Shown: positions 1-10,304, counted from the stretch's first letter. The stretch is 64,000 nucleotides of DNA from an uncultured Bacteroidales bacterium (GCA_902798425.1 CADBWR010000005.1:12579-76578), one strand, 5' to 3'. Translations and numbers: made by a program. The notes: generated by a model from the letters alone, not told the origin.

Positions 1-386
1 GCCCGTTGCTGTTCAGCGATAACTCGTTCATTTTTAGCCACCTTCGATGCCTCTACAGCACGATGCTCTGCTTCCAGTGCGTTTTGACGCTCCTCTTCAG
101 CATTGCGGCGCATCTGTTCGGCCACAGCGGTTTGCTTTTCAGCCTTGATGCGTTGCTCGTCACTGATGCGGCGCTCCTGATTGGCAATCTCCTCCATTTG
201 CTCATTGACGCGCTGCATCACGGCAGAGCGCTTCTCTTGTTGGCTGAGGACAGCTATCCGCTCCTCCAGTTGCTGCGTCTTCTCTTGTTCTGCCGCATAC
301 CAGTGGTAGACTACCGCCAATGCCACGCCCATAGCAAGGGTTATGCAGACGGCTATTAGTGTGGTCGTCTTGCCGTAAATATTCAT
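1..386 (-). CDS. membrane-anchored coiled-coil protein, N-terminal part (gene runs off the left edge)
   Basis: Absent from the ORF track because it is open at the edge. ATG at 386 (minus) gives MNIYGKTTTLIAVCITLAMGVALAVVYHWY (TM helix), then Q/E/R-rich coiled-coil-like sequence. ATGA overlap with the stop of the upstream gene at 383-386. Confidence 0.55.
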   Translation of the reverse strand, partial: MNIYGKTTTLIAVCITLAMGVALAVVYHWYAAEQEKTQQLEERIAVLSQQEKRSAVMQRVNEQMEEIANQERRISDEQRIKAEKQTAVAEQMRRNAEEERQNALEAEHRAVEASKVAKNERVIAEQQR

Positions 387-1552
387 GCTTTACGTGTTAG
401 CGCCATCAATGTGATATCGTCACTTTGAGGAGCCTCACCCACAAAGGCTTTGATGTTAGCCAATTGGTTGTCGATGATGGAACGGCAACCTTGTCCCTTC
501 TGTGTGCCGAGGAAGTTCATCATACGGTCGTCGCCGTATTCTTCGTTGGCCTCGTTCATCGCTTCGTTGACACCATCGGTGTACATGACCAGCGTGTCGC
601 CAACACCCAACTTCAGTGTTTCCTTAGGGTAGGTGATGCCAGGAACTGCTCCCACCATACAGCTGGTGCTGGTGGGCAACATCTCTACACTGCCGTCAGC
701 CTTGATGATGACTGGCGAGTTGTGACCGCCATTGCTGTACTCCATCTCACCCGTCTTGATGTTGTATATGGCATAGAATACTGTGACGAACATGCAGTCT
801 ACCGACTCTTTGCTAAGCAGCTCGTTCGATTTTGTCAGACACTCGCCAGGAGCATAGCCTTGCAGCCCGATGGTGCGTATCAGCGTACGACTGACTGCCA
901 TGAAGATAGCTGCAGGAATACCCTTGCCGCTAACGTCGGCCATCACCAGTCCTATGTGGTCTTCGTCTATACGGAAGAAATCGTAGAAGTCGCCACCCAC
1001 ATCTTTCGCTGGCATCATCTGCGCAGCCAGGTCCAACTCGTGTTCGTTCTCGGGGAACGGTGGGAATATGCGGGGCAGAATGGCTTGCTGAATCTCGGCA
1101 GCCACGGCCAAGTCTGTCTTCAGCGACTCCAACTGGACGTGCTCCTGCTGTGACATCTTGATATAGTTAATCTGTTCAATGGCTTTTTCGATGGTAATGC
1201 TCAAATCGTCCAGGTCAATGGGCTTTGTGGCAAAGTCAAAAGCGCCGTTGTTCATGGCAGAGCGGATATTTCCCATGTCGCCATAGGCAGATACCATGAT
1301 ACACTTCATGGCAGGATTCTGCATCTCGTTAATCTTGGTCAGTAGGGTCAGACCGTCCATCTCGGGCATGTTGATGTCTGAGAGAATGATGTTGATGTCT
1401 TTCTCCCGCAACAAGATAGTAAGGGCTTCCAAACCATTGTGGGCAAAGAAAAATTCGTACTCGCCCTTGCGGATTTGACGTCTGAAATATTGTGTCAACA
1501 GCAACTCGAGGTCCATCTCGTCGTCGACACTCAGAATTTTAACTGGTTTCAT
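383..1552 (-). CDS. response regulator receiver domain fused to a PP2C/SpoIIE-type serine phosphatase (RsbU-like)
   Basis: N-terminal REC motifs (ILSVDDE, ILSDINMPEMDG, KPI). C-terminal PP2C motifs (GGDFYDFF, ADVSGKG, SNGGHN, YTDGVNEA, DDITLMAL). TAtaTTTG box upstream on the minus strand near 1580. Confidence 0.9.
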   Translation of the reverse strand: MKPVKILSVDDEMDLELLLTQYFRRQIRKGEYEFFFAHNGLEALTILLREKDINIILSDINMPEMDGLTLLTKINEMQNPAMKCIMVSAYGDMGNIRSAMNNGAFDFATKPIDLDDLSITIEKAIEQINYIKMSQQEHVQLESLKTDLAVAAEIQQAILPRIFPPFPENEHELDLAAQMMPAKDVGGDFYDFFRIDEDHIGLVMADVSGKGIPAAIFMAVSRTLIRTIGLQGYAPGECLTKSNELLSKESVDCMFVTVFYAIYNIKTGEMEYSNGGHNSPVIIKADGSVEMLPTSTSCMVGAVPGITYPKETLKLGVGDTLVMYTDGVNEAMNEANEEYGDDRMMNFLGTQKGQGCRSIIDNQLANIKAFVGEAPQSDDITLMALTRKA

Positions 1553-1782
1553 TGTTTTTTGTAATCTATTTATAATTTAGGTGCAAATATACGCATATTT
1601 TTTTAAAACTGCAAAGAAATACCCAAAATAATTGTATTGTACGCTTTTCTATCAGCCTAATGCAAGTGCCTGTATTAGGCAGCTAAGCTGTACAGTTGTG
1701 GTGTATCAGCTGTATAGCAATGGTTGAAAGTGGTTCACAGATTTGGTGATTATGCGTTTTTTTACTATTTTTGCAGCCGAAA

Positions 1783-2859
1783 ATGAAGACACTTTATATT
1801 TTTAACCCGGAACATGAAATTGCGTTAGCAGCTAATCTGGCGCACTTTACGGCACCGCATGCCGGTCGTCAGCTGAGGGCAGACCTTGGGTGGTTGCCCG
1901 CTCTGTGGGCTGATGCAGATGACTATATTCTTGTAGACCATGCTGAGTCTGCACGCAAGGCCTACGAGCGACTACGCAGAAGGTTGGGGCGCCCTATAGC
2001 GGCTTTTGTTGACCGTGGAACGATTGGCCATTTGGATATTCAGCAGGTGAAACCCTGGGGGTGGGATGCTGCTATGGCTACCGACTTGAGACGATGGGGA
2101 GTGGCAGACGACTTGTTGCCGAAAGCTGAGCAGCTGGAACACTGGCGCCAACTGGCACACCGCAGAGTGTCGGCTCTGCTTTTGTCCTCGCTGCGCATGG
2201 AAGGAACAGTAGGTGAGGCTGTGGAGTGTAGCACCCCTGAAGAGGTTGAGCATTGTATGCTTCGCTGGCAGTGCGTAGTAGTCAAGGCACCATGGTCCTC
2301 GAGTGGGCGAGGGGTGCGCTTCTACGACACTGAGCGCTTAATAGACAACGGGGTATTGAAAATTGACAAATGGATTAGTAATATCATCAAGCAGCAAGGT
2401 AGTGTCATGGTAGAACCTTTCTATGATAAAGTAAAGGATTTCGGCATGGAGTTCGAGGTTGGTAATGACGGAAAAATACGCTACTTGGGTTTGTCGCTTT
2501 TTCATACAAAAAATGGTGCCTATGTGGGCAACGTACTGGCTACCGAGGAGAGGAAACGTCAGCTGATGGCTCACTACATATCACTGTCGCTGTTGGATGA
2601 TATTTGTCAGCGCATTATTGAGCAGGCACCTTTGGCGGGCTATACCGGTCCTTTTGGCATAGATATGATGGTAGTGAAGGGAATGGAGAAAACGGCTGCA
2701 GCAGAGCGCCATTTCTTGTTGCATCCCTGCGTAGAACTAAATCTGCGACGCACGATGGGACATGTAGCGCTTTGCATGTCGCCAACAGACGATGACGTTC
2801 GCCAAGTAATGCGCATCGCATTGGAAGACCACTACAAGCTACACATCAACAAAATATAA
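1783..2859 (+). CDS. conserved hypothetical protein, possibly ATP-grasp-like
   Basis: Long ORF. ATG at 1783 lies just after a TAttTTTG box. VVVKAPWSSSGRGVRF resembles an ATP-grasp nucleotide-binding strand, but function is not established. Confidence 0.6.
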   Translation: MKTLYIFNPEHEIALAANLAHFTAPHAGRQLRADLGWLPALWADADDYILVDHAESARKAYERLRRRLGRPIAAFVDRGTIGHLDIQQVKPWGWDAAMATDLRRWGVADDLLPKAEQLEHWRQLAHRRVSALLLSSLRMEGTVGEAVECSTPEEVEHCMLRWQCVVVKAPWSSSGRGVRFYDTERLIDNGVLKIDKWISNIIKQQGSVMVEPFYDKVKDFGMEFEVGNDGKIRYLGLSLFHTKNGAYVGNVLATEERKRQLMAHYISLSLLDDICQRIIEQAPLAGYTGPFGIDMMVVKGMEKTAAAERHFLLHPCVELNLRRTMGHVALCMSPTDDDVRQVMRIALEDHYKLHINKI

Positions 2860-2915
2860 TAGAGGGAGATTCACAAGCAATCTCCCTCTATCTTCTTATG
2901 ATTCTGATAGAATAT

Positions 2916-4028
2916 CTACTTACTCAGCTGTTCCTCAACAAACTGTTTTAGTGCCTCACCACGCAGACCACGACGAAGGATTGTTCCCTTCTGGTCGACG
3001 ACGATGGTATGAGGGATGGAGGTGATATTGAAAGCCTTTGCCACGTCGTTGTCCCAAAACTTCAAGTCGCTCATCTGAGGCCAAGGCAATTTGAGTGTCT
3101 TGATGGCCGTAACCCACGCATCTTTATTCTTGTCAAGCGAGACTCCTACAATGCCGAGGCCACGATCTTTGCAGCTCTCGTAGAGTGACAGCATGAAAGG
3201 CATCTCCTGACGACAGGGGCCACACCAAGACGCCCAGAAGTCAATGATGGTAATCTTGTTTTTGCTGACCTCCGTCATTATACTGAATGCTTCGTCTTCA
3301 GGTGTGAGTTGCGAGAAGTTGGGGATGGTAGCTCCCTCAGCAGTCTTTGCCGTGCGGCGAATGGCAGCCTCTATTTCCTGAATGGCAGGACGCTGGCGGC
3401 GCTCAGCAGTCAACTTCTCGATGAGCCGCTGGCGGTTCTTGTCGTCAATAACATCTTCAGGATAGTAGGTAAGCACAAAGTAACCGAACTCGTTGTCGAT
3501 GTTCTTTTCAGCTACGTCAATGACAACTTCAGAGAAACGCTTGTTGAGTTTCTCTATCTGTTCCATGCCGCGCTGCTGTTTTTCCTGAGATACGGTGTTG
3601 CCGTAGATATGCTCGGCAATACGGTTGATCTCCCTCCCAATAACCATGACCGAGTCGTTCAGTCGCTGCCACTCATTGTTGCACGGAGTGCCGCTGACAC
3701 GTGATGCCCCGGGGGTGGCTGAAAGGTTGATGGTAATCTCTCCTGCTTCGCGGATAAAGGGGGCGTTGATCTCGTTGTGCTTAGCACTATAGACCATGCA
3801 GAGCGTAGCCTCCTTGTCTTTCTCTATTTCACCTGTGAAACTGAAAGTGTTGCCCTTCAGGATAATGGTGTCGGTAGGGGTGCCGTCGTTCATGTTGTCC
3901 GTCAGCAACAACATGTCACCATCGGCCAATCCCTCGGCAGTACCGATTAGCTTGTAGGTCTGTGACTGACAGCCGGCAAAGAGAATGGCAGTGACACTAC
4001 ACAATATACTGGTCAGAAATGCTCTCAT
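2916..4028 (-). CDS. TlpA-like thiol-disulfide oxidoreductase lipoprotein (thioredoxin fold)
   Basis: FWASWCGPCRQEMP CxxC motif. Internal start MRAFLTSILCSVTAILFAGC has a lipoprotein signal. The longer ORF to 4175 would overlap prs heavily. Confidence 0.85.
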   Translation of the reverse strand: MRAFLTSILCSVTAILFAGCQSQTYKLIGTAEGLADGDMLLLTDNMNDGTPTDTIILKGNTFSFTGEIEKDKEATLCMVYSAKHNEINAPFIREAGEITINLSATPGASRVSGTPCNNEWQRLNDSVMVIGREINRIAEHIYGNTVSQEKQQRGMEQIEKLNKRFSEVVIDVAEKNIDNEFGYFVLTYYPEDVIDDKNRQRLIEKLTAERRQRPAIQEIEAAIRRTAKTAEGATIPNFSQLTPEDEAFSIMTEVSKNKITIIDFWASWCGPCRQEMPFMLSLYESCKDRGLGIVGVSLDKNKDAWVTAIKTLKLPWPQMSDLKFWDNDVAKAFNITSIPHTIVVDQKGTILRRGLRGEALKQFVEEQLSK

Positions 4029-4935
4029 TGTTAATAACTCTACGGATAGTTTCTGCAAACATGTCGGCCACGCTAAGCTGCTTGACTTTGGCACAACGCT
4101 GAGAATAAGGGATAGAGTCGGTGAAGACAATCTCCTCAAGAGCGGAGTTCTGCACACGCTCACTGGCAGGGCCACTCATCACACAGTGCGATGCACAGGC
4201 ACGAACTGTTTTGGCACCGGCCTCTTTCATGATATCGGCCGCTTTGGTGATTGTGCCGGCGGTATCGACCATATCGTCGATGATAACAACGTTCTTACCT
4301 TCTACATCACCGATAATCTGCATAGTGGCAACAACGTTGGCGCGAGCACGTGTCTTGTTACAGAGTACCAGCGGACAGCCAAGATACTTGGCATAGGTGT
4401 TAGCGCGCTTAGAACCACCTACGTCAGGCGAGGCGATAACAAGATTGTCCAATTTCAGACTCTGCAGATAGGGCAGGATGACGCCAGAAGCATAAAGATG
4501 GTCGACAGGAACATCGAAGAATCCCTGAATCTGGTCAGCATGCAAGTCCATCGTGATAACTCGATTGACGCCTGCTGCACTCAGTAGGTCGGCAACAAGT
4601 TTGGCACCGATGGAAACGCGGGGCTTGTCCTTACGGTCCTGACGGGCCCATCCGAAATAGGGGATGACGGCGTTGATGGTGCGTGCAGAAGCGCGCTTGG
4701 CTGCATCAATCATCAGGAGCAGTTCCATGAGATTGTCTGAATTGGGGAATGTGCTCTGTACCAAGAAAATATCACGGCCGCGAATACTCTCTTCATACGA
4801 TACGGCAAACTCGCCATCGGAGAACTTCGTAATCTGAAGCTTTCCTAATGGACATCCTAAGCTTTGGCAGATTTTCTCAGCGAGATACTTGGTAGCAGTA
4901 CCTGAGAACACCATGTAGTTTTTGTTAACGCTCAT
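3997..4935 (-). CDS. prs: ribose-phosphate pyrophosphokinase
   Basis: Full-length match to the PRPP synthetase pattern (FSDGE, RQDRK, DLHA, VVSPDVGG-like, IIDDMVDTAGT). Confidence 0.95.
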   Translation of the reverse strand: MSVNKNYMVFSGTATKYLAEKICQSLGCPLGKLQITKFSDGEFAVSYEESIRGRDIFLVQSTFPNSDNLMELLLMIDAAKRASARTINAVIPYFGWARQDRKDKPRVSIGAKLVADLLSAAGVNRVITMDLHADQIQGFFDVPVDHLYASGVILPYLQSLKLDNLVIASPDVGGSKRANTYAKYLGCPLVLCNKTRARANVVATMQIIGDVEGKNVVIIDDMVDTAGTITKAADIMKEAGAKTVRACASHCVMSGPASERVQNSALEEIVFTDSIPYSQRCAKVKQLSVADMFAETIRRVINNESISDQYIV

Positions 4936-4992
4936 CTTTTGGTGGTTATGATTTTAATAGTACGTATTTTGTTTTGTTGATATGTCTCTTCC

Positions 4993-5604
4993 TTATGAGC
5001 CTATGGCTTTGCGAATCTTACAGAAGTGGTCTATCAGCGCCTGGTATTCCAATTCCTGATGGATGTTGAAGCGGTTCCAGAGGTCGCCGCTAATCACGAT
5101 TCCACCAAAGCCCAGATCTTTTACGGCCTTTATCGTGTCCAGATTCATTCCGCCAAGTGCGTAGACATGGCGGTCAATGAGTCCGCGGCGCGACGCTTCT
5201 TGTAACTCGGCCAACGTGAAGGTGGCCTTTTGGTCTGGTTCCGTCTGACTGTCGAAAATATACTTTAACAACACATAGTCAGCATGGCGCTTGGCTTCTT
5301 TCAGCAAGTCCAGATGAGTACATGAACGCGAGATGTTGCCCTTATAGCCGTTGGGTGGTGGCGTCGTCTCGTCTTCTATATGGATGCCGCGCAACTTATA
5401 CTCCTCTTTCAAGTAGTAATTGTCGTGCACGGTGATGCGCTTGCGATACTCCTCGGGCAACAGTGTAAGCAGTCGCTCAGAGTACATCGGCGATGAGTCG
5501 GGCTTGAAGAGGTGTAAGTTGTCAAGCCCTGCCTCAAAGAGCGAGGTGAGTATTTTGTCTTCCTCCACGAAAAACGTGGGTTGAGTCATCAAAACAAGTT
5601 TCAT
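4993..5604 (-). CDS. thiamine-phosphate synthase-like (ThiE/TenI family) protein
   Basis: About 200 aa TIM-barrel-like protein with a YALGGM motif near the C-terminus. Family assignment is from memory of Bacteroidales homologs. Confidence 0.6.
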   Translation of the reverse strand: MKLVLMTQPTFFVEEDKILTSLFEAGLDNLHLFKPDSSPMYSERLLTLLPEEYRKRITVHDNYYLKEEYKLRGIHIEDETTPPPNGYKGNISRSCTHLDLLKEAKRHADYVLLKYIFDSQTEPDQKATFTLAELQEASRRGLIDRHVYALGGMNLDTIKAVKDLGFGGIVISGDLWNRFNIHQELEYQALIDHFCKIRKAIGS

Positions 5605-6662
5605 CAGTTGGCTGCTTCAAATTCTTCGAGGAAGCGCACGTCGTTCTCAGAGAACATGCGCAGGTCGCTAACCTGATATTTCAGGTTGGTTATGCGCTCT
5701 ACACCCATACCAAAGGCATAGCCGCTATAAATCTTAGAGTCAATTCCGCATTGTTCCAATACGTTGGGGTCTACCATACCACATCCCAGGATTTCTACCC
5801 AGCCAGTGTGCTTGCAGAAACCACAACCTTCGCCACCGCAAATGAAGCAGGAGATATCCATTTCGGCAGAAGGCTCGGTGAAGGGGAAGTAGCTGGGGCG
5901 CAGTCGAATCTTGGTATCGGCACCAAACATCTCGCGTGCAAAGGACAGCAATACCTGCTTCAGATCGGTAAACGAGACATTCTTGTCGATGTACAGACCT
6001 TCTACTTGGTGGAAGAAACAATGAGCGCGGGCGGTGATGGCCTCGTTACGATAGACACGACCCGGACAGATGACGCGAATGGGGGTAGTTAGTTTGCCGT
6101 CCTCCGTATGCATCTGCTCCATGACGCGAGCCTGAACACTGGAGGTGTGGCTACGCAACAGAATGTTTTTCGTAACATCGTTAGGATGCTGAGAAACAAA
6201 GAAGGTGTCCTGCATATCGCGGGCAGGGTGGTCTGCGGCAAAGTTCATACGGGTAAAGACGTGCAAATCGTCCTCTACCTCAGGACCGTCAGCCAATACA
6301 AAGCCCATGCGGGAGAAAATGTCAATAATCTCGTTCGTAACGATGGTCAACGGGTGTCGCGTACCTAATTGTATAGGATAGGGGGTGCGTGTCAGGTCAA
6401 TGGCTTCGTCACCGGTCTCCTGCTCGGCACACTGCTCACGCAACTGATTGATGCGCTCGGTGGCCAATGTCTTCAACTCGTTAATCTTCATACCTACCGT
6501 CTTCTTCTGGTCTGCCGCTACATTGCGGAAATCATTCATCAGAGCGGTAATCTCACCTTTCTTGCTCAGAAACTTCAGTCGCAGCTGTTCTACTTCGTCA
6601 GCATTGTTGGCGCTTAGTGTTTGTACTTCCTTTAGAAGTTGGTCTATTTTATCAAGTATCAT
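5604..6662 (-). CDS. pheS: phenylalanine--tRNA ligase alpha subunit
   Basis: Class II aaRS motifs (FTEPSAEMD, GMGVERI), N-terminal coiled coil, typical length. Confidence 0.95.
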   Translation of the reverse strand: MILDKIDQLLKEVQTLSANNADEVEQLRLKFLSKKGEITALMNDFRNVAADQKKTVGMKINELKTLATERINQLREQCAEQETGDEAIDLTRTPYPIQLGTRHPLTIVTNEIIDIFSRMGFVLADGPEVEDDLHVFTRMNFAADHPARDMQDTFFVSQHPNDVTKNILLRSHTSSVQARVMEQMHTEDGKLTTPIRVICPGRVYRNEAITARAHCFFHQVEGLYIDKNVSFTDLKQVLLSFAREMFGADTKIRLRPSYFPFTEPSAEMDISCFICGGEGCGFCKHTGWVEILGCGMVDPNVLEQCGIDSKIYSGYAFGMGVERITNLKYQVSDLRMFSENDVRFLEEFEAAN

Positions 6663-6783
6663 AGTCGTTTTATGATGTATTTCTCAAATTTTGATGCAAA
6701 GATACAAATAAATTAAAAATTAAAGATGAAAAATTAAAGATAATTTGTAACTTTGCATCAAAATTTTGAGAGAAGATAGAAAA

Positions 6784-7632
6784 ATGAGTTCACTCATGAG
6801 ACTTTTTATTGTTTTTTCCGTTGTGTTGTTGACCATTCTTACATCTTGTGGCGGCAACAAGAGTGGACAGGTTTCCGAGGAAGTACCTGCCGACTCTGCA
6901 AACAATGACTCCCTCCTGTTAGACTCGCTGGAGACGCTGGCAGAAAACTACCCTGTTCCTAAGGCTGCCGACGAGTTGTTCGATGATTTTGTCTTTAACT
7001 TCGTTGGCAATCGAAAGTTGCAGATGGAGCGCATCCAATTTCCGCTGCCTTGCCAAAAAAATGGTAAAACAACAAAACTGGAAAGGAAGGACTGGAAGGT
7101 GGAGCACTTCTTTATGCATCAAGGCTACTACACACTGCTCTTCGACAACGAGCAACACATGGAGATTGTCAAAGATACGTCCGTCAACCATGCCATTGTG
7201 GAGAGGATACACTTTGATACTCGTTCCGTAGAGCAATATATATTCTATCGAATACGTGGAGCATGGATGCTTACGATGCTGCGTAACATACCATTCTCCA
7301 AGGATGTCAATGCTACATTCCTGACATTCTATCAGCAGTTTGTCAAGGATAAGTCGTTCCAGGAAAAGAGTCTGGCTGAGACGGTTAAGTTTGTCGGTCC
7401 TGATCCAGACGATGATTTCAATATGATGGAGGGCATCATAACACCCGATACGTGGGAAGCTTTTGCGCCCGAACTGCCTAAGAAGATGATTTACAATATC
7501 ATTTATGGTAAACCCAAGCGGGAGGGTGACTCTAAGATTTTTGTTATGCGCGGCATAGCCAATGGTTTGGAGGTGGAGATGACTTTCAAGCGCAAGAAAG
7601 GCGATTGGAAACTTGTTAAACTGACAACTTGA
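6784..7632 (+). CDS. hypothetical lipoprotein
   Basis: MSSLMRLFIVFSVVLLTILTSCGG lipobox. TAacTTTG box upstream. Confidence 0.7.
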   Translation: MSSLMRLFIVFSVVLLTILTSCGGNKSGQVSEEVPADSANNDSLLLDSLETLAENYPVPKAADELFDDFVFNFVGNRKLQMERIQFPLPCQKNGKTTKLERKDWKVEHFFMHQGYYTLLFDNEQHMEIVKDTSVNHAIVERIHFDTRSVEQYIFYRIRGAWMLTMLRNIPFSKDVNATFLTFYQQFVKDKSFQEKSLAETVKFVGPDPDDDFNMMEGIITPDTWEAFAPELPKKMIYNIIYGKPKREGDSKIFVMRGIANGLEVEMTFKRKKGDWKLVKLTT

Positions 7633-7672
7633 TATGGCGGCGTGCGGCCTAAATGATAAATGATAATGAATA

Positions 7673-8671
7673 ATGGTTGACTTGAGTGATTATAGTCTGT
7701 TGCAACACAATACATTTGGCATCGATGCTAAGTGCAGCCGTTTTATGGAGTACAGTACGGTGGAAGAGGCTCAATCCATTGCCTGCCAGCTTGTCGAACC
7801 GTATCTGCTGATAGGAGCAGGAAGCAACCTTCTTCTCACGAAAGACTTCGATGGAACTGTTGTTCACTCGTCTATAAAAGGTATTGAAACACAGCAGAAT
7901 AACTGCATTCGTTGTGGTAGTGGTGAAACTTGGGACGAGGTCGTCGCCTGGTGTGTAGATCACCATCTTTATGGTGCTGAGAACCTTTCGCTGATACCTG
8001 GTGAAGTAGGGGCGAGTGCCGTCCAGAACATTGGTGCTTATGGCGCTGAAGTGAAAGACTTGATTGTTTCTGTCGAAGCTGTCGAGATGGGTACCGGACG
8101 TATCTGCCAGTTCGGCAACGAGGAGTGTCAATATGGATATCGTGACAGCCGCTTCAAACATGAGTGGAAAAACAGGTACCTCATCACGCATGTTGTATAT
8201 CAGTTGACGAATGATGATTCAAAGAAATCTACGGAGTATGGTAATATTCGTAGTGAACTGGATCGTCGCGGTATAAACCAACCTACGGCAGCTCAGCTCC
8301 GCGAAGTGGTGATTGCTATCCGTGAGGCGAAGCTGCCTGATCCTAAAGTGACAGGTAATGCTGGTAGCTTCTTCATGAACCCTGTCGTCAGTCGCGAAAA
8401 GTTTGAGAACTTATTAGTGCAATATCCTGAGATGCCACATTATTATATAGATGCCGACCATGAGAAGATTCCTGCCGGTTGGATGATAGACCAGTGTGGT
8501 TGGAAGGGCCGCTCCTTAGGGCGTGCTGGCGTGCACGACCGACAAGCGTTAGTGCTTGTCAATCGTGGCGGAGCTACTGGACAGGAGATTGTCAATCTCT
8601 GCGAGACCATTCGTAAAGATGTTCGTGAACGCTTTGGTATTGACATTCACCCCGAAGTAAATATCGTATGA
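7673..8671 (+). CDS. murB: UDP-N-acetylenolpyruvoylglucosamine reductase
   Basis: NTFGI...LLIGAGSNLL FAD-binding N-terminus and MurB C-terminal domain (GSFFMNP, AGWMIDQCGWKG). Confidence 0.9.
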   Translation: MVDLSDYSLLQHNTFGIDAKCSRFMEYSTVEEAQSIACQLVEPYLLIGAGSNLLLTKDFDGTVVHSSIKGIETQQNNCIRCGSGETWDEVVAWCVDHHLYGAENLSLIPGEVGASAVQNIGAYGAEVKDLIVSVEAVEMGTGRICQFGNEECQYGYRDSRFKHEWKNRYLITHVVYQLTNDDSKKSTEYGNIRSELDRRGINQPTAAQLREVVIAIREAKLPDPKVTGNAGSFFMNPVVSREKFENLLVQYPEMPHYYIDADHEKIPAGWMIDQCGWKGRSLGRAGVHDRQALVLVNRGGATGQEIVNLCETIRKDVRERFGIDIHPEVNIV

Positions 8672-9435
8672 AGCTGACTTTTTTAGGAACAGGAACCTCG
8701 TGTGGTGTACCTACCATAGGCTGTCATTGCTACACTTGCAGCAGCACCGACCCTCGCGACAAACGCTTGCGCTGCTCAGCGCTCGTAGAGACTGAACAGA
8801 CGCGACTGCTAATCGACTGTGGGCCCGATTTCCGTCAACAGATAATGCCGCTGCCATTCCGGAAGATTGATGGCATCCTGATTACGCATGCACACTACGA
8901 CCATATGGGTGGAATGGACGACATCCGTCCTTATTGTCAGTTTGGTGAAATCAATGTATATGCAGACCCTGTAGCTCGTCAGAATATGCTACAGATGCTG
9001 CCATACTGCTTTGCCGAACATCGTTATCCGGGTGTTCCTGCCATTCAGTTGCATGAGATTCGTCCCCATCAGCTGCTACGTGTCGGTGATCTCGACATTG
9101 TACCCTTTCAGGTGATGCACCACGACCTGCCTATTATGGGCTATCGCATAGGGCCATTGGCCTACATCACGGATATGAAGACGATTGCCAAAGAGGAGAT
9201 TCCTTATATCGAAGGTTGCGACACCTTGGTTGTCAATGCTCTGCGTCAGCAGCCTCATCACTCTCATCAGACCCTCGCCGAGGCCGTGGACTTTGCCAAA
9301 ATGATCGGGGCACGTCAAACATGGCTTATTCATTCCAGCCACGATATCGGTCGTCATGCAGAAGTTAATGCCTCGTTACCTGCCAATATCCAGATGGCAT
9401 ACGATGGTCAAGTGGTGGAAATCGTCCAACGGTAG
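8668..9435 (+). CDS. MBL-fold metallo-hydrolase (PhnP/GPP-like)
   Basis: FLGTGTSCGVP, HAHYDH metal motif. ATGA overlap with murB. Confidence 0.8.
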   Translation: MKLTFLGTGTSCGVPTIGCHCYTCSSTDPRDKRLRCSALVETEQTRLLIDCGPDFRQQIMPLPFRKIDGILITHAHYDHMGGMDDIRPYCQFGEINVYADPVARQNMLQMLPYCFAEHRYPGVPAIQLHEIRPHQLLRVGDLDIVPFQVMHHDLPIMGYRIGPLAYITDMKTIAKEEIPYIEGCDTLVVNALRQQPHHSHQTLAEAVDFAKMIGARQTWLIHSSHDIGRHAEVNASLPANIQMAYDGQVVEIVQR

Positions 9436-9998
9436 AGATTGCAGCCTACAAAGTTGCCAAGTACTTCAGCAAGATAGATGATGAGCAGTTGCGTGCTGTA
9501 CAGCTCTGGTGCTATTAAGAAATAGAAGGCATCGGCAATAGAGTGTGTGAAGCCACAGAGAATGAATACGGGGACACCAAAGAGTAGGGGGAGAAATCTT
9601 CCTTCTCTGCCAAACTGTACAGCGGTTGTCATGATAAAGCCACAGCCAATAGCTAACAGAAAACAGGCAAGAGGTCCTTTGGCCAGTCGCGACTGTACAA
9701 TGACATGGTCTGCCGGCAGAACATCGGGCTGTGCATAAGAGATTGCCCAGGCCGTCAGTCCGCAGGCTATAATGTTGCCTACCAAGACGAGTGTCAGCAT
9801 TGTCCAGTCGCCCTTAGCGCGGATAAAACCTGCTGTTCCTGTATATAGCTTCAATTTGTAGTGCACTACAGCAAGAAGACCGAAGGCAAAGAGTGCGGCA
9901 CCAGCCACGCCGCCAACCCGCAGGTTGACAACGCAACCGATAGAAATACAAAGTCCTGCAAGTGCTGCAGAACGAAGTATGGCAATATTTTGATTCAT
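9408..9998 (-). CDS. polytopic inner-membrane protein (possibly formate/nitrite-transporter-like)
   Basis: About six hydrophobic segments and G/A-rich helices. Family uncertain. Confidence 0.55.
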   Translation of the reverse strand: MNQNIAILRSAALAGLCISIGCVVNLRVGGVAGAALFAFGLLAVVHYKLKLYTGTAGFIRAKGDWTMLTLVLVGNIIACGLTAWAISYAQPDVLPADHVIVQSRLAKGPLACFLLAIGCGFIMTTAVQFGREGRFLPLLFGVPVFILCGFTHSIADAFYFLIAPELYSTQLLIIYLAEVLGNFVGCNLYRWTISTT

Positions 9999-10041
9999 GG
10001 TTGTAAAAAGAATGTGTAAATGTGGGCAATCACAGTCATCG

Positions 10042-10299
10042 CTATTTACGCTTGTTGCCTCTGCCTACAAGCCATCCATAGGTCTTCATCAGCTTACGAA
10101 CCAAAAGGAAAGCATCAATGGCAGTAATGCTGTTGCTGACGAGATTAGCAATGAATTCACCCTTGGAACTTGACTGTTGCGGTAAGAACAAATCATGCCA
10201 AAGGTCGTCTATCTTTTCAGACTCCTCATTAATCCGAACTTTCAGTTGGTCTTTGCGCAACTGAATGTCGTCAAGAGTGTTGAATACTTGCTCTGCCAT
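10042..10299 (-). CDS. hypothetical small protein
   Basis: ORF tightly following 10305..10652 in a three-gene minus-strand cluster. Confidence 0.5.
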   Translation of the reverse strand: MAEQVFNTLDDIQLRKDQLKVRINEESEKIDDLWHDLFLPQQSSSKGEFIANLVSNSITAIDAFLLVRKLMKTYGWLVGRGNKRK

Positions 10300-10304
10300 G
10301 ACTA

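Noticed and set aside
6-359. 117-aa plus-strand ORF at the left edge
   Set aside because: Leu/His-rich low-complexity translation. It is the antisense of a much more protein-like TM plus coiled-coil frame that is translationally coupled to the upstream gene.
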